Shown here piece by piece: positions 1 through 13,068 of a stretch of DNA of 64,000 bases. Made by a program: the position numbers and the translations under genes. Each line of letters starts with the position of its first letter. Positions within the stretch are counted from its first letter, which is position 1. The stretch lies in contig CM102283.1 of the NCBI GenBank assembly GCA_046563655.1, positions 7,192,001-7,256,000 of the forward strand, read 5' to 3'. Under the pieces are notes generated by a model. It had not been told where the DNA came from and did no database searches. It was given only the letters and a program-made list of their open reading frames with translations. This DNA comes from Yuukianura sp. NJ FZ-2021. Its lineage: Eukaryota.

Positions 1-3000
1 CTCAAATCTTTAGGTTCTTACGAGAGAAAAAATGAGAAGGTTGGGTGAAAGTTAGGTTGTGTAAGAGTGGTTGAGAAGACGCAACTTTCTCCTTGGCGGC
101 AAACTACCTTTTCATTCAAAAGTACTCACAGCTCCAACCCTCTCTCTTTTGTCTGTTTTATATTCAAAATGTAACTGCTCAAACCTCTAAAATTCCGTAC
201 ATAACCTAGGAACCGTCATCAACAACCGAAAAATTTAAAAGAACTGACAACCGTGAAATTTCAAAGAAAAAAACGGCGAGTATTAAAAACTGAGAACAGC
301 CAGTACTTTTTAAAAAACGGAGAGCACCGAGTACTATTTAAAAAAAACTCAGGTAAAGTAGCATCCGGAAGGAGAACAAAAGACTTATTCTCATTTTCAA
401 AACATGACGAAAATCATTTCCAAAATTACAAAAAATGAAAATTCAAAAAAGAAAATAACTACAGCCAACGGGATTTTAGAGATTATAGTCTTCTTATTTT
501 TTAGTTTTAAGTTTTTAGGGCTTGTTGTTTCTTTGTAAAGCTACGCGTTCCGATGTATGAAAAAATTCAAGCCAAAATTTTCCAAATTAAATTCTGAACT
601 TCTGCATATTTTTTTCAAAGTTGGTTTTTTCAACTACTTTTTTTTCAAAATTAATTTCCTTCAGAGGCCTGTATGCGGATATTCTTATAAAAGATCAAAA
701 CTTAATTTCCGGCAAAATTCAAAAAGATGTTGTTCCTTTTAGTTTCGTTGCGTAGCTTCTCAAGTTCAAAATTGAATAACAAAATTTAGTTCAGTAAAAC
801 GGAAACTGAGAATCTGTTTTGGCAAAACGGAAAACAAAGGAAAATGATTAGAAGACGCTGGAAACTCACAAAATTGATCACTTTGATGACGGAAGATGCG
901 CGGAAGTTTCAAATTTCAAACAAAAATGAACCTATGGTGCGCATTAAAGTTATGAACGTTTAGGTTTTGACTCAAATACAAACACACCTGCCAGAGGAAC
1001 CAAGAGGATATGAAATGATGTCAAGGACACAAAGGTAAGAGATCGTCACCATGACAACCTCCTCTTCCTGCGTCATCACTTGCGGAACATCCGCCTCCAA
1101 GCTAAAAAGAGGAACTGGGTTGGATCCCATGTAAATCCCAGGCTCTTTTGGCCTTATGCTTTCCCTTTTTCCTTTAACATAGTTTCTGTCTTGTCATCTC
1201 CAGAAAGCACCTCTGATTCAGCCATGCAAAAATGGAAAATTTCACTTTATGAAAAAAAGAGAAAGGACAGGCGGGAAAACACGGTTTGAACCAGGAGAAA
1301 GTGCTGCTTAACGAACGACAAAGCCTATTTTTGTGAACGAGTGAAAAAGCACAAGGTTTCTAACGACGTTTGCAGTCATTTGATAGCTGTGACGCCAAAC
1401 CTCAAAATTTCAGTGTATTTCAATTTCCACGCTCAAAGCTCACATATGAACTTGATATGACGTTGTTCACAAGGTTTCAAATAAACGCGCTCTTTTTTTT
1501 TCGTTCCAAGATTCACTCGTCTCACTTCACCCCAAAAAACGATGAACTCGAAAGTGACAATTTTTTGTTCCGCTATCGACAGATATGGAAGATCTACCTA
1601 ATAAGAATAAGTTTCGCTACCATTTGGTGCACACAACGTAAAAATTTTATTCAACTTCAAACGAAGATATTAAACACCAAAATTTTCAAAATTTTTGAAG
1701 AAAGCAACATTCGAAACAAAAACGATTTTAAACTGGGTCGTATTTGCAAAAATTTCATTTTCTTACTTTTTTGGATTATTTTTGTTTCGTTTTTACTTTT
1801 AAAAAATGACAGCGTTTTAATGGGTTTGAAAAAAAAAAAACTGGTTTAGCATTCCCGCTTTGAATTTTCCACCAAAAAGGCGCGAAAGCTATATAATTCA
1901 CTCTGAGGAATTCAAATTACTGAATCCGTTGAAGCACATCAAATCTACTGTTTCTGGAACAACCTTTCTCTTACTACACTAAAGGCATGTCGAGTTCACT
2001 TTCACTTAAGCGGGATCCTAAAATCCTTTTTTTGTGGATTTGATTAACCCGCCTTAATTGAAAAGATAAAAGGAGATCTTGGATCTGTTGACATTAGAGT
2101 GATCTCGGAAAGTGGTTCGCTTTGACCTGGGTCATTTCCAAGTCGCTTTTATGTGCGGAAGATTTTAATTCAGTTCTTTTGGGCTTCATTCAAAGACGTT
2201 TTCGTCGGCAAATGAATATGGAGAAAGTCCTCCTCATCTGCTTCTGTTGAGGCACTTTTAGGCTCCAAGCAGCAGAAGTCTATAAATTCTTAAATGAAAT
2301 GCAAATGATTAAAGAGACGCTCGGCGGAGAAATGAATTTTTATGAAACGACGGTACTTTTTGTGGTCCATTTTCATTTTCACCGCTAGCACAGTGCTCGC
2401 AGTGTTTTAAGCGGACCGAACCTTTTTAGTGCGGGAAAATGAAAAGTTTTTACGACGTTACGAGCGCTAAAAACACTTTCATTCACACCGTCTCCAAAAT
2501 TCTAAGAAAAGCGGCGTATTCTTATAGAAATTGTCACCGAAAGTACTAAAATTATGAAATGTCATAAAAAAAACAACGGAATGTTTCACTGTCAATGAAG
2601 CCATAAAATTTTAAACCAAAATTTCAAAAATCTATTCATGCATTCTACAAACGTTGAATTTCAATTCCTTGCAACTTTTATGTGCGTCTATACGAAAAAT
2701 TCATATTTTCTCCGAAAACTTGAAAAACAGTGTTGAAAAATTATTTCCCAATTAACCTTATCTAATTGAATGTTAAAATGAACTCTCAACATTGTATTCC
2801 AAGTTAAGTTCTCATTTTGACTGTTCGAGTTGTCATAATTTCTCAGGTTGATTTATAGCTTTCTCTAATACGTAAATTAGAATTTGGCAAGAAAAGCTCG
2901 ATACATCTTCTCTTATATAATTGCGAACGTCTCTTTCTCCTAGAATTTCCCATTGGAACTCAGAATGACTAATGGTTTTTCTTCTTTTAACAAAAGTGGA

Positions 3001-3319
3001 AAACACTCGTGTTTCCTGTTTAAATCCACATCCATTCAGGAACTTTATGTAAAAACAAGCCTAATCGATGCAAACAAAAAAATAAGCTTCTGAATCCATC
3101 GGGGAGCAGAGAGACGAGGACAGATTGGTAGGATTTGGACAAATGCGACGCTCCAATTTTCAAACCTCAAATCCAAAATGGCTCTGAACCTCCACTCTAC
3201 AGTTAAACAGTTGAATGCCATTGTCACGCCGTTTTAGGTTTACAATTTTCCCTTATGCGGGAAAACCGAAAAGCGGGATGTGCAACCTTTTCGAAAAAAA
3301 AAAAGTTGGTCAGAGTAGA

Positions 3320-3530
3320 TTTCAGCCCAAGCAAAAAACATTTCGCCCAGAGCAAAAGTTTTGGCCAGAACACCGAACAATTTTGGCCAATAAAACAAAA
3401 GTTTTGGTCAGAAAGCCGAACAATTTTGGCCAAGAAAATAAACGTTTTGGCCAGGAAACGATTTTGGCCAGAGAATCGATTTCGGCAAAAAAAACGATTT
3501 TGGCCAGCAAAAAAAAACGTTTTCGTCCAG
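3320..3530. repeat. Degenerate tandem repeat, ~20-bp unit with TTTTGGCCA core
   Basis: About ten copies of (a/g)ttttggcca-like cores separated by A-rich spacers. It accounts for the overlapping spurious ORFs here. Confidence 0.85.
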
Positions 3531-4411
3531 AAATCCTTTGAGAGAGATTCATATGCTTGGGAATTCATGTTCGTCTTCCAAGTTACTAGACTGAACCACT
3601 GTAGTGTCCAATTGGGCAAACGCTGGTTCTGGCAGACTCGTTCATCCAGAAGACGGAGACTAACGTCGTTTTTTGAAAAGACTAGAAATCAATAGAGCTT
3701 TAGGAGCACAATGGACGTCGTTGAAGCCTTGAGAGAATTATTAGCGGGGGTGGTTTGGTTGGTTGGTGGGGCTTAGAGGCTTTTGCTTTGTACGCAACCA
3801 TTGTCAATTTTGGATTCAGCGTTCCCAAAAACCGGAGGTCTTCGCAACATCTCAAGGCTCAAAGGACATGTGGAGAACATTAAAAAGAAAAAAAATTGAA
3901 ACTCCCGCCAGGACTTTGTAATGCATTGCACACGAACCACCATCCAACTTTTATGTCTCTTTCAACAACATTCGGTGTACTGGCACTATGCTTGCTGTTG
4001 GTCCATTTTCATAATCGCTGTAAAACCGACGCTGTGTTATGCTTACAGTGACTTACCGGAATTGGACAAAGTTTGTTAATTTGAATTTTTCCGCCTCCAC
4101 ATGAAAGTGAAAAGGAAGTTCTGTTGGTTCGGTCGAGGACAAAGTATGGTCGTGCAAAATTAAATGCTGACAACATGTAATATTCTGAAACAGGGTTCTC
4201 CGGACACACACCCCCCAGAAACGTTTTCATTTCCAAATGCAAGCAAAATTCAAATTTTTTCCCGCCCTTTCTCCAAATATTCATATTGGCTTTAGACGAC
4301 CGCCCAAACTTGATTCGATGACGTGATCGGGAGCTTTTTGCTTTAATAAATTATTAAAAAAATTTTAAAAATCCCGGGTTCCAGGATTTGAACCGAACGA
4401 ACCCTGGTGGT

Positions 4412-4513
4412 GAAAGGAGGAAGTAAGAAGCGTAGCGGCTGCAGCTAATTAACATGGTTTTCCCTGAGTAACTTAATTAACATCATATCTTTCTGCACTT
4501 ACTTCCTCCTTTC
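4412..4513. repeat. Perfect 16-bp inverted repeat with 70-bp spacer
   Basis: gaaaggaggaagtaag at 4412-4427 and cttacttcctcctttc at 4498-4513. Confidence 0.9.
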
Positions 4514-6941
4514 TGCTTATACCTAGCACACTCCGTTTACTTCCGGAGAGAAAGCGCGGGAAAGTGGGAACATTCTAATCGTAGACTTCCTAATTTTAAT
4601 GTACGCGACCAATGGTTCCTGTCAGCGCCTGCTGGAATCAAGAGGCGCTAAATTTTGAAATAAATTTTCAAACTTCTCTGCTTCCTGGGTCGAATTCCAG
4701 AAGCAGCAGTCACTTCGCTGATGCAAAACCTTACTTAGAAGGTAGGTGATGCGTTTCCCTCTAGAAAAGTAGGTCATACGCACTCCGTCCTTCCTGAACT
4801 TTCTCCAGCTTCTCAATGGAAAATCGTATTCTGAATAGAATTTGGACTCCTTTTGCTCAATGAACTTCCATCTTCAAACTTTACTCTTCTTCCCATTCAC
4901 AAAAGAACCACATTACCCACCCACGCCCTAACAACCTTCGGTTCCAGCAGTAGGCTTCAAAGACACACAAAAGTAGGAACTTATAGGCTTAACTTCTACC
5001 CGAATCCAGAAAAAATTGCTTAAAATCGTCGCTGATTCATTCATTCATTCATCTGTATTAAAAAAAGTATCGAAAAAGTTTCTTCAAAAAGTCCGTAAGG
5101 ATCTTGTTTTGCAAAACTTTTTTTCTCGACTAAGAGCAATCAGGTAACTCCACAAACCTGTTGTCGAATTTTTAATTTTTTTTGAAAGTTTTCAGGTGAC
5201 GCACTAGCAAAGTCATGAAAAATTTGCTATTTTTCTTTTTTTTTTTTTTGGAAAAAAAACTTTCTTTTTCCTGTTTTTTTATACAACTAGTCAGGAGTCG
5301 AACATTTTTTACGCCGATTTGACTATTTTTGGTTCTTTTCACTACGAAATTAAATTTTAGTTGTGTTAGATTTTTGTAAAAAAAATCGTTTTGAAAATTC
5401 TTTTTGAAGAAAATCGATGTAACCAGTTTAATGGTAAATGAAAAGCAGAAACTAATTGGGAATTGGACTCCCAATGGATACGACCTACAAAATTCCAATT
5501 TTCTTTTGCTCCAAAGTGAAAGTTGGTCGTAAAAGCGTTAAGTAGTTGGGGAAAGTTATTAATTTAGATTGTTGCTTGTTTCTGAGAAAAAAGGAAAAGC
5601 AGGCATGTCGTCATCTATCCAATTTTGCAACTTTTGAAGTTCTTGGTCTGTTTGTAAGTTTTGGTGGTTCATTTGGTTGTCTTTTGATGAACAACTTTTG
5701 GCGTAGAAAGGAAGAAAGGCGTACAACTTCATTTCATTAGCAAGACTTTTCTCCTCCTTTCTCTACTGCTGGTTTCCTAGGATAGCAACAGCACACAAAG
5801 TTGTCGTTTGTCGTTAGCGATGAGCAAACTTTCCCGCCGCCAACCCAAGCAGTAGTTCATAAGTACGAAAAGTGAAGTTGACATCTTGTCAACCGAATAA
5901 ACTCGTCGTCGTGGTCTCATTTAGCCTGATTATTATCACGAACCAGGAGACATCCAGGAACCACACGCCTCCTTCATTGCCTCACCTTACCGTAAATGTT
6001 CAAATAGTACCCCACTTTCAAATAATGCCCCACATGTGCTCATTCCTCCCCCTGGAGGGGCTAACTCGAAGATTTCGAGAGAAATCCCCAGATCTTCCAT
6101 ACTCAATTAGACAATTAGCGCCTCGGGGCAACTATTTGGAGATTTACGGTAACCAAACTTTTTAGTAAAGTTCCACAGTTCCAAAATCACACGGAAAGAT
6201 GCAACATGTGGAACTGACTTTCTCTTTATTTTCCTAATAACCTCCACTCAACCGAGACTTTCACTTTAGTTCGGTTAGGCCAAAGCGAAAAGTTGAGACT
6301 AAGGTTAGGTTCTCAGGAAAAGCAAAGCACGACCCTAGTAAGGTTAGGTTATGTTTTCGAGGTTATGGAAGGAAGAGTACTTATAAGTTAAGGTTATACT
6401 GGATGGTCTCTTGTTATTAATGAACCTACTGCCAGTATAACTCGAACCGAAGCCCCACCAAGAGAACAAGACACAAACAAAAGTTTAGAAGGATTTTGAG
6501 AAAATGGAAAGGAACAGCTGGGGGCCAGAGAAAACCCAGCTAAACAAGAAAACAGCAACTTTCTCTTCCAGGACAAACTCAGACAGTTCTTTTATCCTTA
6601 ACTTTCAAGTTCTCCACGGTGTTTCTTTTCTGTTTCACGGTGCGCCGTGTTCTTTTTTCGGTTTCAGACGAGAAAAAACGTCACTCCAAGACCAAACTGC
6701 ACCGTCGAAAGCCTTTATTTTATCCCCTTCTCTACTCAATTCTAAAAAAAAGTAGAACTAGAGATGGGGATTAGAACTAGAAAGAAAAAGAACAAGGCCA
6801 GAAACCTTAGAATTACATTAAGGAAATGTAATTCTTGTGTTTTCGGAAAACTGGCATCAATTTTTTTTCTAACTAGATGTTGACGGATTTAAAGGAAGTA
6901 AACCTTAAGGCGGGTAAAACAAGGTGAACGTGCACAAGGAT

Positions 6942-9900
6942 TCAATTTTCTTCGTCATCGTCATCTTCCCCGTCTTGGATGTCAACGTAGTCCTCATCAC
7001 GATCACTCAGAGCCAAATCGTCCAGCATCTCCTCAAGGCTAATACGTGGCCGGTCAGCGTCATCGTCAGTCTCATCCCCGATGGACGTAGTTGGTTGACG
7101 TTTGGAATCTCGGTAGATGTTGACACCCTCACGATAAGTACGATCCTCTTCCAAGTCCTGCAGAAAGTCTTCGTAATCCCTACAAAAGAAATAAATCTTC
7201 AGTTAGATTCTGGTTAACAACCAACTTGGGAACGGTAAATCGTTGTTTTTACTTGTTGACACTCTCTGTGTCCGTCTTGGGCAGAAAGTGGCGTAACTGC
7301 CAACGTCGTTTCTGTTTTTGATCCGAATAGATTTTCTTAACAAGCACAATGTCCGGAATGTTCTCGGGTTTCATTTTGTCAAAATTCGGGTCATTCACAT
7401 TCGTATTTCCCATGTCAAACCTAATATCAAACACAAAATTTATTACTTTTTGTACAAAATCGATGTCTTACGTAGCCAATATTTTGAATTAGATTGTTAG
7501 AATACAGGCGTACCCAAGTACAGTATCTCCTGGAGTCAGGAGATGGCCAAGATGAGAACGGCAGTGAATAGGTGCCTCGCCCATTGCATTAGGTTTACAT
7601 ACATACACGTCTGCTGGAATATGCTGGAAAAGAAACAAAAACGATTAGTTTAACATAGAGTACTTTTCAAACTCAAAATTTTCCATGAAAAAATATTTTT
7701 CCGGGGACGTTATATTTTTAGACTAGTTTTCAGTCTAGTACTTCAGGTGAGCTAAAACTGTGGATTTTGAAGTGGAACGGTTTAGGAAAAAGCCTAAAGC
7801 CCAAGTTTAGTCAAACATTAAACAAACAAGTGTCAGGAGCAGATGACAGGGAAGAGGTAAGAGAAAAACGGTGAAAGTTTCCCGGGGAAAGTTTAAATTT
7901 TCTCAGAAAAGGAGAGCAGAAAGCCAAAAGCTCCAGCCTCTAATACACCTTTTCATATTTTTTTGAAAATGGAGACGACGAAAGTTATAAGAGAGCGAGC
8001 AGCTCATCGAAGTGAGTGAAAGCAAAGAGAATCCGAGAAAAGTGGATGTTTCATGGGAGGAGACGTTGTCGACGTCAGTCAATTTCTTTCAAAAACATAA
8101 TTTGCGTCATTTGGTTGCATTTTTTTTCCATTCCGCATGTTCTCCCATCTGTGTCATGGGCCCCTCCTTAGCTGCTCATGACACAAGGACGACTTTTTTC
8201 TCTACAAGTTTTCTACATTTTCTCTTCTTTGAATTTGTGAAAGTCGAATCAATCATAAGAAAGAATGAAATTGATGAAAAACGGAATACTTAGGAAGTAT
8301 AACGTTGTAGTAGTTTTGATGTATGGCATCATGAAAATCATTTCCCGAATCCTCTTTTCTTTCCAAATGGCATGTCAATGGAAACATCAGCAAAGGGTGA
8401 CACAAAAGGAAAGAGACACCGTCGTCTCGTCGTCGTCACTCTGTTGTTACCGTTACATCAACATCCCTCCAGCAATTGAAAACAAGGCGTTCATAAAGCA
8501 ACAGAAACCACTCAAGTCAGTCGGTGTTTCTCTAGGTCGTTATTACTACATGAGACATGACAAAGGCGACGTTATGACTTGGATGACCTTTCAAAAGGGC
8601 ACAAATTGCGTCAGTATTCAGAAGTCTGCAACTTTCAAATAAATGTTAAAGGAAAAGGAAGTTGCATCTTTAAAGGAATAGAAGGTAAAGAATCGTATCA
8701 AGTTTAGTTATTGTTACCTTGGCCGAAATCGTTCCTTGTCCGCTGAACTTTGCTTTCTTCCGAATTGGTTCGACTTCCATCACAATGAATTCGGTAAGAT
8801 TCCGACATGAGCAAAGTGTTCCAAAGGGATCACGGAAAAAGACACTGGCTGGAATTTCTGCCACTTGAGCCGTGTTGGGGTCAATGATATGAACAGAATT
8901 CGTGACACGGTAGACAACACAGATTTGGCCAATGCCTCCAAGTTGGTGTGCAAGTTTTGGAGGGAGGCAGACGACAGAATCTTTGCAGATGGGTACAAGT
9001 TCAACGCTGTATGTGCACTTGTAATTGAATGTGTTGTTGTGAGTGTCATGAGACATTAACTTCTTGGAATATTGATATCGGCAAGGCAGCATCTGAGATA
9101 AGAAGTCAACCATCTTGCGGGAGTTCTGATCATTTCCGTAGTAAAAGTCCAGACCGTCTGAGAATAGAGTTCGAATTTTAACTTAGAGAGAAAATTATAC
9201 AAAAGTTTATGCCACAGGAACTTACCATGTCTTGGCTTTACACCGTTGGTATTCTTGTGTGCCTTGTATTTTAGAATGAGCTGTTCTAAATAGTACAGTG
9301 TTTTCTTATGATCCGACTTCTGCCTTACTTGAACCTAAAAAATAAACAGCTGAAATCATTCACTGGCCCAATCAAAGTACAGGATCAATTTACCAGTGAC
9401 TTCCAGTAGTCTTTGGCTTCAACACGATGACAATCATCACACATCTGCCCAGCCGTTGTATATTCTACTGTGAAAACTTGCTGCAGGACGGCTCCTCCCA
9501 TCACTTCCGCTTGCACCGTGAGCTTCACCTTGATTCTCTTTGAATGTGGTTCTGTCCAAATGAATCCAGCATCGACCAATCTTAATTTGCTCAGACCTTT
9601 TAACTTCTTCAAGCACAGTCCCAGTAGCTCTCTGGATTCCAAGCTTGCTTTTATCCATTGTCCAGGCGGTTGTAAATATCTAGAAACCCCGAAACAAAGG
9701 TCAACTCGGCAATCTATAAACTCAGCATCAACCACCAAACAATTTACCGTTCACATCCTTTGCAAAACGATATCGTGACTTGCTTAGGGATGCCTTCTGT
9801 AATATCCACCTTGCTTCGAACGCAGGGAATACACATGTTTGCAACATTTGGTTCAATCGGTGTTCCGCACTGGCAGCACAGGCTGAAATAACAAAGAACA

Positions 9901-10074
9901 AATCAGCCGCAACGTAATAACGTAGCACAAGCTTCATATGGAAATCTTTCAATGTGATAGACGTACGTAATCTAAACGTTTAGCAAAAGTGACAATTCAA
10001 AACCTATATCTGTGATGGAAATCTTACATTTTCGACGTAGAACTTTGTGCCGCTGGTTGCTGGAGATACTCCAT
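6942..10074 (-). CDS. NMD3: 60S ribosomal export protein NMD3 (multi-exon)
   Basis: Spliced exons give MEYLQQPAAQSSTSKILCCQCGTPIEPNVANMCIPCVRSKVDITEGIPKQ...CKGCERYLQPP..., LVDAGFIWTEPHSKRIKVKLTVQ, CDDCHRVEAKDYW, and the C-terminal ISLEEMLDDLAL NES with an acidic tail. GT-AG introns, one of them 1.1 kb (7624-8717). Confidence 0.97.
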
Positions 10075-10218
10075 CGTAGTTAGCAGAATAGAAAGACGAT
10101 AACTGAAAAACTAATCTTAAGTTTAATTACAATTAAATGTTAAAGCAGACGATCACGAAACGAAAAACAAATCCTGAAGGCTGAGGAAGGACTTTTCGGT
10201 TAAGGTAATGATTAGCCA

Positions 10219-10410
10219 CCATCATTGTAGCCACACAGTGTAGCCACTCCGGCCAACTTGTGTAGCTATAATAGCCGGTTACCCGTAGTGGCAACGGCAA
10301 CCCTTGTAGCCCTCCTAACTTGAAGAAAACAAAACTAACCCAAAGTGGCAACAAACGTAGCCGCATTAGTGTAGCCAATCATTCTAGACACAACACAAGG
10401 TGGCTACACT
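10219..10410. mobile_element. MITE-like element, copy A of the 'tgtagccac' family, right end degenerate
   Basis: Colinear with 33876-34063: tcattgtagccacacagtg(t/c)agccac ... tagtggcaac ... aaag(t/c)ggcaaca ... gtggctacac. Confidence 0.8.
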
Positions 10411-10661
10411 CCACTGTCCACTGGCACACCCCTCTCGGGTGGCGTTAAACCTTACTCCAACCAAAGAAAAAGAAAAACACATGTTACAAAATTTGAAATT
10501 TGGTGCGCATGAGGAGAGGCACGCCGCGTTAACTCTCTTATGAGAACGAAATCCTACAAAAACTTGACGTAAATGTAAGGAGTTATGTTTATTCAAAAAC
10601 CTGTTAATTACTTAATTACGAATTGTTCGCAATTAGTTGCAACTTTTAAGTGTGAAAAACT

Positions 10662-13068
10662 CTACCACGTCAGTAGTTGATCCACATTCTTAGTAGAAGA
10701 CGTGACTCCGCCAACACCGTCTTCCCCATCGTGCTCACCGTGATAACGACGTGCCTCCTCTGGATACTCCTTTTCAAAAGCAGCAATAATCGCTTTGCAG
10801 TCCACTTCCAGGCCACCCTTCGCTGGAAAATTAGTAATGAATTCCTTGGTCATCTTCTTGTCTTTGTACAAGTTGCAAGATTTGATAAACTTCTTGAATT
10901 TCTTGGCAGTCAGAGTCTCTGGTTCCGTTCGAAGTTCGTTGATTAGCATGGAAAGTGGAGTTTCAAAGTTTTCACAAATAACTTTGGCACGACGAATCAG
11001 GAGAGCGTGCATGTCAGGTCGAGTTCCTTCGTTGAATCCAAATGGCTCGCCGTTGATTACCTTCAGGTCAGGTTTCTGCTTTTCCAGTTTCTTCAGGGGC
11101 TGCAATTCCAAAAAAGATTTTGTGCATCCAGTTTTTCAAAATTTTGAAATTCAAATTCCCAACCTTCATGAATTCTGTATGGATTGGAGTAATGTAGCAA
11201 AGGTCAAGTAACTTCGCAACTCCATTGGATCCCTTCGTCATCGAAGTGACCACAGGAGCCAAGTAGCCTTGTGTCAAAGGTCCAACGTTCCAGCGATTCG
11301 GCCCAGCGATGAGCGTGTCAGTCGTTTTGCTATTAGCAAAACATTTTCCGAACATCGGAGCTGTAGCATGAGTTAGCAAATTGAATGAAACGTTGAGATA
11401 TTCCAGATTCGATTTTTTGTTGTTCATGATTTTTGCGATTGCTTGTCCTGCTGGGTCCTTGATTGAATTGCCTTGCAAATCCAGTCGTTTTAAAACTCCT
11501 TGCTGAGCTGCAGCTGAATAAAATGGAAGTGAATCTGAAATTAAACAAAAAGACATAAAAATTGAACTTTAATTTCAAAATTTTGGTTCTAAATCCAAAA
11601 TTTCAGAAACCTTTGCCACCCCAAAGGCGATTATAAGCAAGGTCCAACACTTCGAGTGTCTGGTTGTCTGCAAGGCCTTTGGACAAGTGAAGTAGCCCTT
11701 CGTCCATGATGTAATTTCGACTCAAGTACAATTCTTGCAGGACACCATCGCGCAAGACAAGTGACAACGGACGCATTTCGTTGTCGGTCAAGTCGTTCCG
11801 AGAAATGTCCAGAACCTGGAGAGTGACACTGGGCTGGATCGCTTCACAGAGTCGTTTCATCGACTTGATAATGCTAAAAACAAAAGAGAATTGCAGAAAA
11901 AGTTAAAAATTTCAAAATAAACTTCCAGAGTTCCATCAAAAATGAAAAGAAAAAACAAAAAAGAATTGCATCTTTCAAAATATTTTCAACAGTTCGCATA
12001 ATTTGATTAGAATTTTCAAAATTTACTTCGTTCTTGATATGTTCAAATGGTTAATGAGGTAATTCGTCTCCATCAGCTTAGCAAGTGCAACGGCAGCAGC
12101 TCCTCCGCAGTCGTTCCCACGCAAAATCAGTGTCTTGACGTAGGTATTTTCCACTAGACTTTTGCAGATAGCCTCCACAGCTTTTTGGTTCAGACCCATA
12201 TACTGTACACAAGAAGTAAAATTTTGAAAATATTAAGCTGAAAATTTTAGAATTACGACTTTGATTAGTAATTGGATCAACTTTTCTTACTGAAAGATCC
12301 ATCACTTGATTGTGAATGTTTTGTAGGAATTTGGCACAGGGTGAGACACCAAGCTTGTCGCACAACTTCTTGTACTCGTCTTTTTCCGCATTAGATTCAG
12401 TGCCGCAAATTCGTCTCGCTTTCTTCTTTTCTGTAAATACAGAATTGAATACTAAAATGTAGCCTTTTCGATCAAATTTTCGATCAAATAAGAAGTTAAT
12501 CTACTCTTGTACTTACCCTTTGGACGATACGCATCCCTCAAGTCGACATGTTTTATGTGCTCAAACGACTCTGATCCGACGACATAACGTCGTTCTTGTC
12601 GATCCGCCGAGATAATCGACACGTCGTCGTCAATCCAGCCGTCGCCTTCCTCTTCTTCTTCGTCGCAAGAACTTTCTTCAAATGACATTTCTTCTTCCTC
12701 TTCTTCATCGCTGCTTGGAGCTGAAGGTGGCTGCACTCCAGCAACTTCCCCAAGCAGTTCCAGCAAATCATCACCAATTCCACCTGGAGAAAAATAAACC
12801 AAAGTTACAATCCAGTTTAATGCTTTGCCATTCAAATCAACAACTGACCGTCGTCAGCAGCAGCAGCATCGCCAGATGCTTGTCTTGGCTTTTTCGATTT
12901 CCGTCTCTTTCCTGTTCCTTCTTCTTCTTTCTCGTGATTACCTTCTTCCTCTTCTGCGTGAGCTTCGTCTGGCTGGAAATTTTAAAAAAACGTCTATAAT
13001 TTCCAAATACTTAATCCGAAAAAAAAAACGATTTGTTTTTAAAAACTTACCGGAGCTGGAGGAGGCAT
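10662..13068 (-). CDS. RI-like leucine-rich repeat protein, LRRC74-like, with acidic N-terminus
   Basis: ATG at 13068 (MPPPAP then gtaagt). Phase-consistent exons encode an acidic N-terminus, YKKLCDKLGVSPCAKFLQ, then 28-aa LRRs (TLQVLDISRNDLTD, LQELYLSRNYIMDEG, TLEVLDLAYNRL, LKRLDLQGNSIKDPAG, LEYLNVSFNLL). Stop at 10662. The orthology call is from remembered motif similarity only. Confidence 0.8.

Noticed and set aside
3320-3530. Repeat-spacer appearance resembling a CRISPR array
   Set aside because: Units are ~20 bp and degenerate, with similar A-rich spacers. The context is eukaryotic and no cas genes are present.
3215-3695. Four overlapping ORFs of 76-146 aa
   Set aside because: They result from the stop-poor TTTTGGCCA tandem repeat and have no protein-like features.
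6260-6400. TTAGG/GGTTAGG motifs, also near 34890 and 39160
   Set aside because: Scattered and degenerate, not a telomeric array.
12849-12972. Apparent frameshift in exon 2 of the LRR gene
   Set aside because: On recount the exon is open and ends in phase 1, matching the next exon.
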